Assembly (NCBI GenBank): GCA_032718475.1
Contig: JAUCBJ010008094.1
Span: 62,001-126,000 of the forward strand
Reading direction: 5' to 3'
Length of the DNA: 64,000 nucleotides
DNA from: Nemertoderma westbladi
Taxonomy: Eukaryota > Animalia > Xenacoelomorpha
Below are positions 17,801-32,300 of the stretch, piece by piece. The translations under genes and the position numbers were made by a program. Numbering within the stretch: the first letter of the stretch is position 1; the number at the start of each line of letters is the position of its first letter. Below the pieces are notes generated by a model. The model saw only the letters and a program-made list of their open reading frames with translations. It was not told the origin of the DNA and ran no database searches.

Positions 17801-20800
17801 CACTACACCATATTCTACCAACCAGTATTCATTACACTACACCATATTCTACCAACCAGTATTCATTACACTACACCATATTCTACCAACCAGTATTCAT
17901 TACACTACACCATATTCTACCAACCAGTATTCATTACACTACCAGTATTCATTACACTACACCATATTCTACCAACCAGTATTCATTACACTACACCATA
18001 TTCTACCAACCAGTATTCATTACACTACACCATATTCTACCAACCAGTATTCATTACACTACACCATATTCTACCAACCAGTATTCATTACACTACACCA
18101 TATTCTACCAACCAGTATTCATTACACTACACCATATTCTACCAACCAGTATTCATTACTCTACACCATATTCTACCAACCAGTATTCATTACACTACAC
18201 CATATTCTACCAACCAGTATTCATTACACTACACCATATTCTACCAACCAGTATTCATTACACTACACCATATTCTACCAACCAGTATTCATTACACTAC
18301 ACCATATTCTACCAACCAGTATTCATTACACTACACCATATTCTACCAACCAGTATTCATTACACTACACCATATTCTACCAACCAGTATTCATTACACT
18401 ACACCATATTCTACCAACCAGTATTCATTACACTACACCATATTCTACCAACCAGTATTCATTACACTACACCATATTCTACCAACCAGTATTCATTACA
18501 CTACACCATATTCTACCAACCAGTATTCATTACACTACACCATATTCTACCAACCAGTATTCATTACACTACACCATATTCTACCAACCAGTATTCATTA
18601 CACTACACCATATTCTACCAACCAGTATTCATTACACTACACCATATTCTACCAACCAGTATTCATTACACTACACCATATTCTACCAACCAGTATTCAT
18701 TACACTACACCATATTCTACCAACCAGTATTCATTACACTACACCATATTCTACCAACCAGTATTCATTACACTACACCATATTCTACCAACCAGTATTC
18801 ATTACACTACACCATATTCTACCAACCAGTATTCATTACACTACACCATATTCTACCAACCAGTATTCATTACACTACACCATATTCTACCAACCAGTAT
18901 TCATTACACTACACCATATTCTACCAACCAGTATTCATTACTCTACACCATATTCTACCAACCAGTATTCATTACACTACACCATATTCTACCAACCAGT
19001 ATTCATTACACTACACCATATTCTACCAACCAGTATTCATTACACTACACCATATTCTACCAACCAGTATTCATTACACTACACCATATTCTACCAACCA
19101 GTATTCATTACACTACACCATATTCTACCAACCAGTATTCATTACACTACACCATATTCTACCAACCAGTATTCATTACACTACCAGTATTCATTACACT
19201 ACACCATATTCTACCAACCAGTATTCATTACTCTACACCATATTCTACCAACCAGTATTCATTACACTACCAGTATTCATTACACTACACCATATTCTAC
19301 CAACCAGTATTCATTACACTACACCATATTCTACCAACCAGTATTCATTACACTACCAGTATTCATTACACTACACCATATTCTACCAACCAGTATTCAT
19401 TACACTACACCATATTCTACCAACCAGTATTCATTACACTACACCATATTCTACCAACCAGTATTCATTACACTACACCATATTCTACCAACCAGTATTC
19501 ATTACACTACACCATATTCTACCAACCAGTATTCATTACACTACACCATATTCTACCAACCAGTATTCATTACACTACACCATATTCTACCAACCAGTAT
19601 TCATTACTCTACACCATATTCTACCAACCAGTATTCATTACACTACACCATATTCTACCAACCAGTATTCATTACACTACCAGTATTCATTACACTACAC
19701 CATATTCTACCAACCAGTATTCATTACTCTACACCATATTCTACCAACCAGTATTCATTACACTACCAGTATTCATTACACTACACCATATTCTACCAAC
19801 CAGTATTCATTACACTACACCATATTCTACCAACCAGTATTCATTACACTACCAGTATTCATTACACTACACCATATTCTACCAACCAGTATTCATTACA
19901 CTACACCACATTCTACCAACCAGTATTCATTACACTACACCATATTCTACCAACCAGTATTCATTACACTACACCATATTCTACCAACCAGTATTCATTA
20001 CACTACCAGTATTCATTACACTACACCATATTCTACCAACCAGTATTCATTACACTACACCATATTCTACCAACCAGTATTCATTACACTACACCACATT
20101 CTACCAACCAGTATTCATTACACTACACCATATTCTACCAACCAGTATTCATTACACTACACCATATTCTACCAACCAGTATTCATTACACTACCAGTAT
20201 TCATTACACTACACCATATTCTACCAACCAGTATTCATTACACTACACCATATTCTACCAACCAGTATTCATTACACTACACCATATTCTACCAACCAGT
20301 ATTCATTACACTACACCATATTCTACCAACCAGTATTCATTACTCTACACCATATTCTACCAACCAGTATTCATTACACTACACCATATTCTACCAACCA
20401 GTATTCATTACACTACACCATATTCTACCAACCAGTATTCATTACTCTACACCATATTCTACCAACCAGTATTCATTACACTACACCATATTCTACCGAC
20501 CAGTATTCATTACACTACACCATATTCTACCAACCAGTATTCATTACACTACACCATATTCTACCAACCAGTATTCATTACACTACACCATATTCTACCA
20601 ACCAGTATTCATTACACTACCAGTATTCATTACACTACACCATATTCTACCAACCAGTATTCATTACACTACACCATATTCTACCAACCAGTATTCATTA
20701 CACTACACCATATTCTACCAACCAGTATTCATTACACTACACCACATTCTACCAACCAGTATTCATTACACTACACCATATTCTACCAACCAGTATTCAT

Positions 20801-21930
20801 TACACTACACCATATTCTACCAACCAGTATTCATTACACTACCAGTATTCATTACACTACACCATATTCTACCAACCAGTATTCATTACACTACACCATA
20901 TTCTACCAACCAGTATTCATTACACTACACCACATTCTACCAACCAGTATTCATTACACTACACCATATTCTACCAACCAGTATTCATTACACTACACCA
21001 TATTCTACCAACCAGTATTCATTACACTACCAGTATTCATTACACTACACCATATTCTACCAACCAGTATTCATTACACTACACCATATTCTACCAACCA
21101 GTATTCATTACACTACACCATATTCTACCAACCAGTATTCATTACACTACACCATATTCTACCAACCAGTATTCATTACTCTACACCATATTCTACCAAC
21201 CAGTATTCATTACACTACACCATATTCTACCAACCAGTATTCATTACACTACACCATATTCTACCAACCAGTATTCATTACACTACACCATATTCTACCA
21301 ACCAGTATTCATTACACTACACCATATTCTACCAACCAGTATTCATTACACTACACCATATTCTACCAACCAGTATTCATTACACTACACCATATTCTAC
21401 CAACCAGTATTCATTACACTACACCATATTCTACCAACCAGTATTCATTACACTACACCATATTCTACCAACCAGTATTCATTACACTACACCATATTCT
21501 ACCAACCAGTATTCATTACACTACACCATATTCTACCGACCAGTATTCATTACACTACACCATATTCTACCAACCAGTATTCATTACACTACACCATATT
21601 CTACCAACCAGTATTCATTACACTACACCATATTCTACCAACCAGTATTCATTACACTACACCATATTCTACCAACCAGTATTCATTACACTACACCATA
21701 TTCTACCAACCAGTATTCATTACACTACCAGTATTCATTACACTACACCATATTCTACCAACCAGTATTCATTACACTACACCATATTCTACCAACCAGT
21801 ATTCATTACACTACACCATATTCTACCAACCAGTATTCATTACACTACACCATATTCTACCAACCAGTATTCATTACACTACACCATATTCTACCAACCA
21901 GTATTCATTACACTACACCATATTCTACCA
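11865..21930. repeat. 34-bp minisatellite array A2, ~300 copies
   Basis: Same unit and variant types as A1; ends on the same junction (CTACCA|TAAACACATAATG). Confidence 0.98.
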
Positions 21931-23324
21931 TAAACACATAATGTTATAGTCCAGTCAATCTAGGCATAAAGAAGAGGTAAACAAAAATTAATTCAAAACT
22001 CAAAAAAACAACTTTTTTATTATACATTATCTTGCTCAAGCGGAGAAACTTTTGATGCTGCAACTTGAGTAGAAATAAAAGTCCTACTTATTGCTGAGGT
22101 GGTCAGCAATAAGTAGCTGGACACTCTCAGCATCATTGGCGCATAAAAGTCTGATATAAATTTCTGTGTGTGGGGAAGTCCGATATTCATATGGCTGCAG
22201 CATTTTTAATAACTGTTTACATCATTGTGTGAAAAGAAACTTTTCTGAGTTATTACCCGATTGCATTTATGTGTACCAAGCCAGCGCAGCAAAGGAAGTT
22301 AAAATAAATTTACAAGGGTCATAAAAGGAATAGTGCCCTTTTCACAAAATGTTGTACGCAAATATTTTACATTATGTAAACTTATCGACGTTCTGAATCT
22401 TAATTATTAACTTTTATATTGTAATAATGCAATTAAGGTTTTATGGTTTTTCATATTTTTTAATCAAACGGTCTGGAATTATAAATATATATTCTAGAAC
22501 TTTATAAATGTTTAGCTAATATGTTGATGAACAATAATAATGGCAAAGACAAGCTAGTATATAACAAATTCATGTATAGCAATGTATAGCAGCCTAATGT
22601 TAATTAATGTAGGACTAAATTTATAAACAAATGGAATGCAATAAAGTAGTTGAAATGCAATAATAACTATATACGCCATTGTTCATAAAATAGCAGTTTA
22701 TAGCGTTACAGCATGAGTGATTTTGTTTCCCGAGTGACAGCGTGGGAAATAACAAAACGAGGGATTTATTTGTAATTATGCACATAAACTTTCTAGAACA
22801 ACCTAATAATGACACTGTGACATACTGGATATACTGGAAATACATAGTAGATGTATATGGCATAGGGGCATACTGAGAAATAATGTCGCGCTGCGATATA
22901 AAGTTGGGAAATATGTCGCCCTGGCGATGTGATAGTGCGAAATTTCTTCCATACAAATAAATAAAAATTAATACAGCATCGTCATCGTCAATTAGTAGTA
23001 GTACCTTATTGCATTCCCATTCCGGTTCTATTATTAGTAGTACTTTATTGCATTCCCATTCTCGTTCTATCATTAGTAGTACTTTATTGCATTCCCATTC
23101 CCATTCTATTATTAGTAGTACTTTATTGGATTCCCGTTCTATTATTAGTAGTACTTTATTGCCTTCCCATTCTCCTTCTATTATTAGTAGTACTTTATTG
23201 CATTCCCATTGAACTTTATTGCATTCCCATTCTCGTTCTATCATTAGTAGTACTTTATTGCATTCCCATTCCCATTCTATTATTAGTAGTACCTTATTTG
23301 ATTCCCGTTCTATTATTAGTAGTA
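21931..23324. repeat. Duplicated block, copy 2
   Basis: Matches 10460-11853. Confidence 0.95.
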
Positions 23325-26300
23325 CTTTATTGCATTCCCATTCTCCTTCTATTATTAGTAGTACTTTATTGCATTCCCATACAACTTTATTGCATTCCCA
23401 TTATCGTTCTATTATTAGTAGTACTTTATTGTATTCCCATTCCCATTCTATTATTAGTAGTACCTTATTGGATTCCCGTTCTATTATTAGTAGTACTTTA
23501 TTGCATTCCCATTCTCCTTCTATTATTAGTAGTACTTTATTGCATTCCCATACAACTTTATTGCATTCCCATTATCGTTCTATTATTAGTAGTACTTTAT
23601 TGCATTCCCATTTTCCTTCTATTATTAGTAGTACCTTATTGCATTCCCATTTTCCTTCTATTATTAGTAGTACTTTATTGCATTCCCATTCTCGTTCTAT
23701 TATTAGTAGTACTTTATTGCATTCCCATAGAAGTTTATTGCATTTCAATTCTCATTCTATTATTAGTAGTACTTTATTGCATTCCCATTCCCGTTCTATT
23801 ATTAGTAGTACTTTATTGCGCTCCCATCCTTGTTCTATTACTAATAGTACTTTATTGCATTCCCATTCTCGTTCTATTATTAGTAGTACCTTATTGAATT
23901 CCCATTCCCGTTCTATTATTAGTAGTACTTTATTGCATTCCCATTTTTTGTTCTATTATTAGTAGTACTTTATTGCATTCCCGTAAAACTTTATGGCATT
24001 CCCATTCTCGTTCTATTATTAGTAGTACTTTATTGCATTCCTGTAAAACTTTATTGAATTCCCATTCTCGTTCTATTATTAGTAATACCTTATTGCATTC
24101 CCATTCCCGTTCTATTATTAGTAGTACTTTATTGCATTCCCATTCTTGTTCTATTATTAGTAGTACTTTATTGCATTCCCGTAAAACTTTATGGCATTCC
24201 CATTCTCGTTCTATTATTAGTAGTACCTTATTGAATTCCCATTCCCATTATATTATTAGTAGTACTTTATTGCATTCCCATTCTTGTTCTATTATTAGTA
24301 GTACTTTATTGCATTCCCGTAAAAGTTTATGGCATTCCCATTCTCGTTCTATTATTAGTAGTACTTTATCGCATTCCCATTCTCGTTCTATTATTAGTAG
24401 TACTTTATTGAATTCCCATTCTCGTTATATTATTAGTAGTACTTTATTGCATTCCCATTCTCGTTATATTATTAGTAGTACCTTATTGCATTCCCATAGA
24501 ACTTTATTGCATTCCCGTAGTACTTTATTGCATTCCCATTCTCGTTCTATTATTAGTAGTACTTTATTGCATTCCCATTCTTGTTCTATTATTAGTAGTA
24601 CTTTATTGCATTCCCGTAAAACTTTATGGCATTCCCATTCTCGTTCTATTATTAGTAGTACTTTATCGCATTCCCATTCTCGTTCTATTATTAGTAGTAC
24701 TTTATTGCATTCCCATTCTCGTTCTATTATTAGTAGTACTTTATTGCATTCCCATTCTCGTTCTATTATTAGTAGTACTTTATCGCATTCCCATTCTCGT
24801 TCTATTATTAGTAGTACTCTATCGCATTCCCATTCTCGTTCTATTATTAGTAGTACTTTATTGCATTCCCATTCTCGTTCTATTATTAGTAGTACTTTAT
24901 CGCATTCCCATTCTCGTTCTATTATTAGTAGTACTTTATTGCATTCCCATTCTCGTTCTATTATTAGTAGTACTTTATTGCATTCCCATTCTCGTTCTAT
25001 TATTAGTAGTACTTTATTGCATTCCTGTAAAACTTTATTGCATTCCCATTCTCGTTCTATTATTAGTAGTACTTTATTGCATTCCCATTCTCGTTCTATT
25101 ATTAGTAGTACTTTATTGCATTCCTGTAAAACTTTATTGCTTTCCCATTCTAGTTCTATTATTAGTAGTACTTTATCGCATTCCCATTCTCGTTCTATTA
25201 TTAGTAGTACTTTATTGCATTCCCATTCTCGTTCTATTATTAGTAGTACTTTATCGCATTCCCATTCTCGTTCTATTATTAGTAGTATTTTATGGCATTC
25301 CCATTCTCGTTCTATTATTAGTAGTACTTTATTGCATTCCCATTCTTTTCTATTATTAGTAGTACTTTATTGCATTCCTGTAAAACTTTATGGCATTCCC
25401 ATTCCCGTTCTATTATTAGTAGTACCTTATTGAATTCCCATTCCCGTTCTATTATTAGTAGTACTTTATTGCATTCCCATTCTTGTTCTATTATTAGTAG
25501 TACTTTATTGCATTCCCATAAAACTTTATGGCATTCCCATTCTCGTTCTATTATTAGTAGTACTTTATTGCATTCCCATTCTCGTTCTATTATTAGTAGT
25601 ACTTTAATGCATTCCCATTCTCGTTCTATTATTAGTAGTACTGTATTGCATTCACATTATCGTTATATTATTAGTAGTACCTTATTGCATTTCCATAGAA
25701 CTTTATTGCATTCCCATAGTACTTTATTGCATTCCCATTCTCGTTCTATTATTAGTAGTACTTTAATGCATTCCCATTCTTGTTCTATTATTAGTAGTAC
25801 TTTATTGAATTCCCGTAAAACTTTATGGCATTCCCATTCTCGTTCTATTATTAGTAGTACTTTATCGCATTCCCATTCTCGTTCTATTATTATTAGTATT
25901 ACTTTATTGCATTCCCATTCTCGTTCTGTTACTAATAGTACTTTATCTTATCGCATTCCCATTCTCGTTCTATTATTAGTAGTACTTTATTGCATTCCCA
26001 TTCTCGTTCTATTATTAGTAGTACTTTATTGCATTCCCATTCTCGTTCTATTATTAGTAGTACTTTATTGCATTCCCATTCTCGTTCTATTATTAGTAGT
26101 ACTTTATTGCATTCCCATTCTTGTTCTATTATTAGTAGTACTTTATTGCATTCCCATTCTCGTTCTATTATTAGTAGTACTTTATTGCATTCCCATTCTT
26201 GTTCTATTATTAGTAGTACTTTATCGCATTCCTGTAAAATTTTATTGCATTCCCATTCTCGTTCTATTATTAATAGTACTTTATTGCATTCCTGTAAAAC

Positions 26301-29300
26301 TTTATTGCATTCCCATTCTCGTTCTATTATTAGTAGTACTTTATCGCATTCCCACTCTCGTTCTATTATTAGTAGTACTTTATTGCATTCCCATTCTCGT
26401 TCTATTATTAGTAGTACTTTATCGCATTCCCATTCTCGTTCTATTATTAGTAGTACTTTATCGCATTCCCATTCTCGTTCTATTATTAGTAGTACTTTAT
26501 TGCATTCCCATTCTCGTTCTATTATTAGTAGTACTTTATCGCATTCCCATTCTCGTTCTATTATTAGTAGTACTTTATCGCATTCCCATTCTCGTTCTAT
26601 TATTAGTAGTACTTTATCGCATTCCCATTCTCGTTCTATTATTAGTAGTACTTTATTGCATTCCTGTAAAACTTTATTGCATTCCCATTCTCGTTCTATT
26701 ATTAGTAGTACTTTATCGCATTCCCATTCTCGTTCTATTATTAGTAGTACTTTATTGCATTCCCATTCTCGATCTATTATTAGTAGTACTTTATTGCATT
26801 CCCATTCTCGTTCTATTATTAGTAGTACCTTATTGCATTCACATTATCGTTATATTATTTATTAGTAGTACCTTATTGCATTCCCATAGAACTTTATTGC
26901 ATTCCAATTCTCGTTCTATCATTAGTAGTACTTTATTGCATTCCCATAAAACTTTATGGCATTCCCATTCTCGTTCTATTATTAGTAGTACTTTATTGCA
27001 TTCCCATTCTCGTTCTATTATTAGTAGTACTTTATTGCATTCCCATTCTCGTTCTATTATTAGTAGTACCGTATTGCATTCACATTATCGTTATATTATT
27101 AGTAGTACCTTATTGCATTCCCATAGAACTTTATTGCATTCCCATAGTACTTTATTGCATTCCCATTCTCGTTCTATTATTAGTAGTACTTTAATGCATT
27201 CCCATTCTTGTTCTATTATTAGTAGTACTTTATTGCATTCCCGTAAAACTTTATGGCATTCCCATTCTCGTTCTATTATTAGTAGTACTTTATCGCATTC
27301 CCATTCTCGTTCTATTATTATTAGTAGTACTTTATTGCATTCCCATTCTCGTTCTGTTACTAATAGTACTTTATCGCATTCCCATTCTCGTTCTATTATT
27401 AGTAGTACTTTATTGCATTCCCATTCTCGTTCTATTATTAGTAGTACTTTATCGCATTCCCATTCTCGTTCTATTATTAGTAGTACTTTATTGCATTCCC
27501 ATTCTCGTTCTATTATTAGTAGTACTTTATTGCATTCCCATTCTCGTTCTATTATTAGTAGTACTTTATCGCATTCCTGTAAAATGTTATTGCATTCCCA
27601 TTCTCGTTCTATTATTAATAGTACTTTATTGAATTCCTGTAAAACTTTATTGCATTCCCATTCTCGTTCTATTATTAGTAGTACTTTATCGCATTCCCAC
27701 TCTCGTTCTATTATTAGTAGTACTTTATTGCATTCCCATTCTCGTTCTATTATTAGTAGTACTTTATCGCATTCCCATTCTCGTTCTATTATTAGTAGTA
27801 CTTTATCGCATTCCCATTCTCGTTCTATTATTAGTAGTACTTTATTGCATTCCCATTCTCGTTCTATTATTAGTAGTACTTTATCGCATTCCCATTCTCG
27901 TTCTATTATTAGTAGTACTTTATCGCATTCCCATTCTCGTTCTATTATTAGTAGTACTTTATCGCATTCCCATTCTCGTTCTATTATTAGTAGTACTTTA
28001 TTGCATTCCTGTAAAACTTTATTGCATTCCCATTCTCGTTCTATTATTAGTAGTACTTTATCGCATTCCCATTCTCGTTCTATTATTAGTAGTACTTTAT
28101 TGCATTCCCATTCTCGATCTATTATTAGTAGTACTTTATTGCATTCCCATTCTCGTTCTATTATTAGTAGTACCTTATTGCATTCACATTATCGTTATAT
28201 TATTTATTAGTAGTACCTTATTGCATTCCCATAGAACTTTATTGCATTCCAATTCTCGTTCTATCATTAGTAGTACTTTATTGCATTCCTGTAGAACTTT
28301 ATTGCATCCCCATTCTCGTTCTATTATTATAGTACTTTATTGCATTCCCATTCTCGTTCTATTATTAGTAGTACATTATAGCATTCCCATAGAACTTTAT
28401 TGCATTCCCATTCTCGTTCTATTATTAGTAGTACATTATTGCATTCCCATAGAACTTTATTGCATTCTCATTCTCGTTCTATTATTAGTAGTACTTTATT
28501 GCATTCCCATTCTCGTTATATTATTAGTAGTACCTTATTGCATTCCCATAGAACTTTATTGCATTCCCATTCTCGTTCTATAATTAGTAGTACTTTATTG
28601 CATTCCCATTCTCGTTCTATTATTAGTAAAACTTTATTGCATTCCCGTAGAACTTTATTGCATTCCCATAGAACTTTATTGCATTCCTGTAGAACTTTAT
28701 TGCATTCCTGTAGTCCTTTATTGCATTCCCATTCTCGTTCTGTTATTAGTAGTACTTTATTGCATTCAGGAGAACTTTATTGCATTCCTATATAACCTTA
28801 TTGCATTCCCATTCTCGTTCTATTAGTAGTAGTACTTTATTGCATTCCCATTCTCGTCTATTATTAGTAGTACATTATTGCATTCCCATTTTCGTTCTAT
28901 TATTAGTAGTACTTTATTGCATACCCGTAGAACTTTATTGCATTCCCATTCTTATTCTATTATTAGTAGTACTTTATTGCATTCCCATTCTCGTTCTATT
29001 ATTAGTAATACTTTATTGCATTCCCATATATCTTTATTGCATTCCCATTCTCATTCTATTATTAGTAGTACTTTATTGCATTCCCATTCTCGTTCTATTA
29101 TTAGTAGTACTTTATTGCATTCCCATCCTTGTTCTATTATTAGAAATACTTTATTGCATTCCCATATATCTTTATTGCATTCCCATTCTCATTCTATTAT
29201 TAGTAGTACTTTATTGCATTCCCATTCTCGTTCTATTATTAGTAGTACTTTATTGCATTCCCATTCTTGTTCTATTATTAGTAGTACTTTATTGCATTCC

Positions 29301-32300
29301 CATTCTCGTTCTATTATTAGTAGTACTTTATTGCATTCCCATTCTCGTTCTATTATTAGTAGTACCTTATTGCATTCCCATTCCCGTTCTATTATTAGTA
29401 GTACCTTATTGCATTCCCATAGAACTTTATTGCATTCTCATTCTCGTTCTATTATTAGTAGTACTTAATTGCATTCCCGTAGAACTTTATTGCATTCCCA
29501 TTCTCGTTCTATTATTAGTAGTACTTTATTGCATTCCCATTCTCGTTCTATTATTAGTAGTACTTTATTGCATTCCGTAGAACTTTATTGCATTCCCATT
29601 CTCGTTCTATTATTAGTAGTACTTTATTGCATTCCCATTCTCGTTATATTATTAGTAGTACCTTATTGCATTCCCATAGAACTTTATTGCATTCCCATTC
29701 TCGTTCTATAATTAGTAGTACTTTATTGCATTCCCATTCTCGTTCTATTATTAGTAAAACTTTATTGCATTCCCGTAGAACCTTATTGCATTCCCATAGA
29801 ACTTTATTGCATTCCTGTAGAACTTTATTGCATTCCTGTAGTCCTTTATTGCATTCCCATTCTCGTTCTGTTATTAGTAGTACTTTATTGCATTCCGGAG
29901 AACTTTATTGCATTCCTATATAACCTTATTGCATTCCCATTCTCGTTCTATTAGTAGTGGTACTTTATTGCATTCCCATTCTCGTCTATTATTAGTAGTA
30001 CTTTATTGCATTCCCATTTTCGTTCTATTATTAGTAGTACTTTATTGCATACCCGTAGAACTTTATTGCATTCCCATTCTTATTCTATTATTAGTAGTAC
30101 TTTATTGCATTCCCATTCTCGTTCTATTATTAGTAATACTTTATTGCATTCCCATATATATTTATTGCATTCCCATTCTCATTTTATTATTAGTAGTACT
30201 TTATTGCATTCCCATTCTCGTTCTATTATTAGTAGTACTTTATTGCATTCCCATCCTTGTTCTATTATTAGTAATACTTTATTGCATTCCCATATATCTT
30301 TATTGCATTCCCATTCTCATTCTATTATTAGTAGTACTTTATTGCATTCCCATTCTCGTTCTATTATTAGTAGTACTTTATTGCATTCCCATTCTAGTTC
30401 TATTATTAGTAGTACTTTATTGCATTCCCATTCTCGTTCTATTATTAGTAGTACTTTATTGCATTCCCATTCTCGTTCTATTATTAGTAGTACCTTATTG
30501 CATTCCCATTCCCGTTCTATTATTAGTAGTACTTTATTGCATTCCCATTCTCGTTCTATTATTAGTAGTACTTTATCGCATTCCCATTCTCGTTCTATTA
30601 TTAGTAGTACTTTATCGCATTCCCATTCTCGTTCTATTATTAGTAGTACTTTATCGCATTCCCATTCTCGTTCTATTATTAGTAGTACTTTATCGCATTC
30701 CCATTCTCGTTCTATTATTAGTAGTACTTTATCGCATTCCCATTCTCGTTCTATTATTAGTAGTACTTTATCGCATTCCCATTCTCGTTCTATTATTAGT
30801 AGTACTTTATCGCATTCCCATTCTTGTTCTATTATTAGTAGTACTTTATCGCATTCCCATTCTCGTTCTATTATTAGTAGTACTTTATCGCATTCCCATT
30901 CTCGTTCTATTATTAGTAGTACTTTATCGCATTCCCATTCTCGTTCTATTATTAGTAGTACTTTATCGCATTCCCATTCTCGTTCTATTATTAGTAGTAC
31001 TTTATTTCATTCCTGTAAAACTTTATTGCATTCCCATTCTCGTTCTATTATTAGTAGTACTTTATCGCATTCCCATTCTCGTTCTATTATTAGTAGTACT
31101 TTATTGCATTCCCATTCTCGATCTATTATTAGTAGTACTTTATTGCATTCCCATTCTCGTTCTATTATTAGTAGTACCTTATTGCATTCACATTATCGTT
31201 ATATTATTTATTAGTAGTACCTTATTGCATTCCCATAGAACTTTATTGCATTCCAATTCTCGTTCTATCATTAGTAGTACTTTATTGCATTCCTGTAGAA
31301 CTTTATTGCATCCCCATTCTCGTTCTATTATTATAGTACTTTATTGCATTCCCATTCTCGTTCTATTATTAGTAGTACATTATTGCATTCCCATAGAACT
31401 TTATTGCATTCCCATTCTCGTTCTATTATTAGTAGTACCTTATTGCATTCCCATAGAACTTTATTGCATTCTCATTCTCGTTCTATTATTAGAAGTACTT
31501 TATTGCATTCCCATTCTCATTATATTATTAGTAGTACCTTATTGCATTCCCATAGAACTTTATTGCATTCCCATTCTCGTTCTATAATTAGTAGTACTTT
31601 ATTGCATTCCCATTCTCGTTCTATTATTAGTAAAACTTCATTGCATTCCCGTAGAACTTTATTGCATTCCCATAGAACTTTATTGCATTCCTGTAGAACT
31701 TTATTGCATTCCTGTAGTCCTTTATTGCATTCCCATTCTCGTTCTGTTATTAGTAGTACTTTATTGCAATCCGGAGAACTTTATTGCATTCCTATATAAC
31801 CTTATTGCATTCCCATTCTCGTTGTATTAGTAGTAGTACTTTATTGCATTCCCATTCTCGTCTATTATTAGTAGTACTTTATTGCATTCCCATTTTCGTT
31901 CTATTATTAGTAGTACTTTATTGCATACCCGTAGAACTTTATTGCATTCCCATTCTTATTCTATTATTAGTAGTACTTTATTGCATTCCCATTCTCGTTC
32001 TATCATTAGTAATACTTTATTGCATTCCCATATATCTTTATTGCATTCCCATTCTCATTCCATTATTAGTAGTACTTTATTGCATTCCCATTCTCGTTCT
32101 ATTATTAGTAGTACTTTATTGCATTCCCATCCTTGTTCTATTATTAGTAATACTTTATTGCATTCCCATATATCTTTATTGCATTCCCATTCTCATTCTA
32201 TTATTAGTAGTACTTTATTGCATTCCCATTCTCGTTCTATTATTAGTAGTACTTTATTGCATTCCCATTCTTGTTCTATTATTAGTAGTACTTTATTGCA

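Noticed and set aside
11827-21933. 3368-aa ORF
   Set aside because: The 34-bp unit has no stop in any + frame, so an open frame is automatic. It has a non-ATG start and tolerates arbitrary unit indels.
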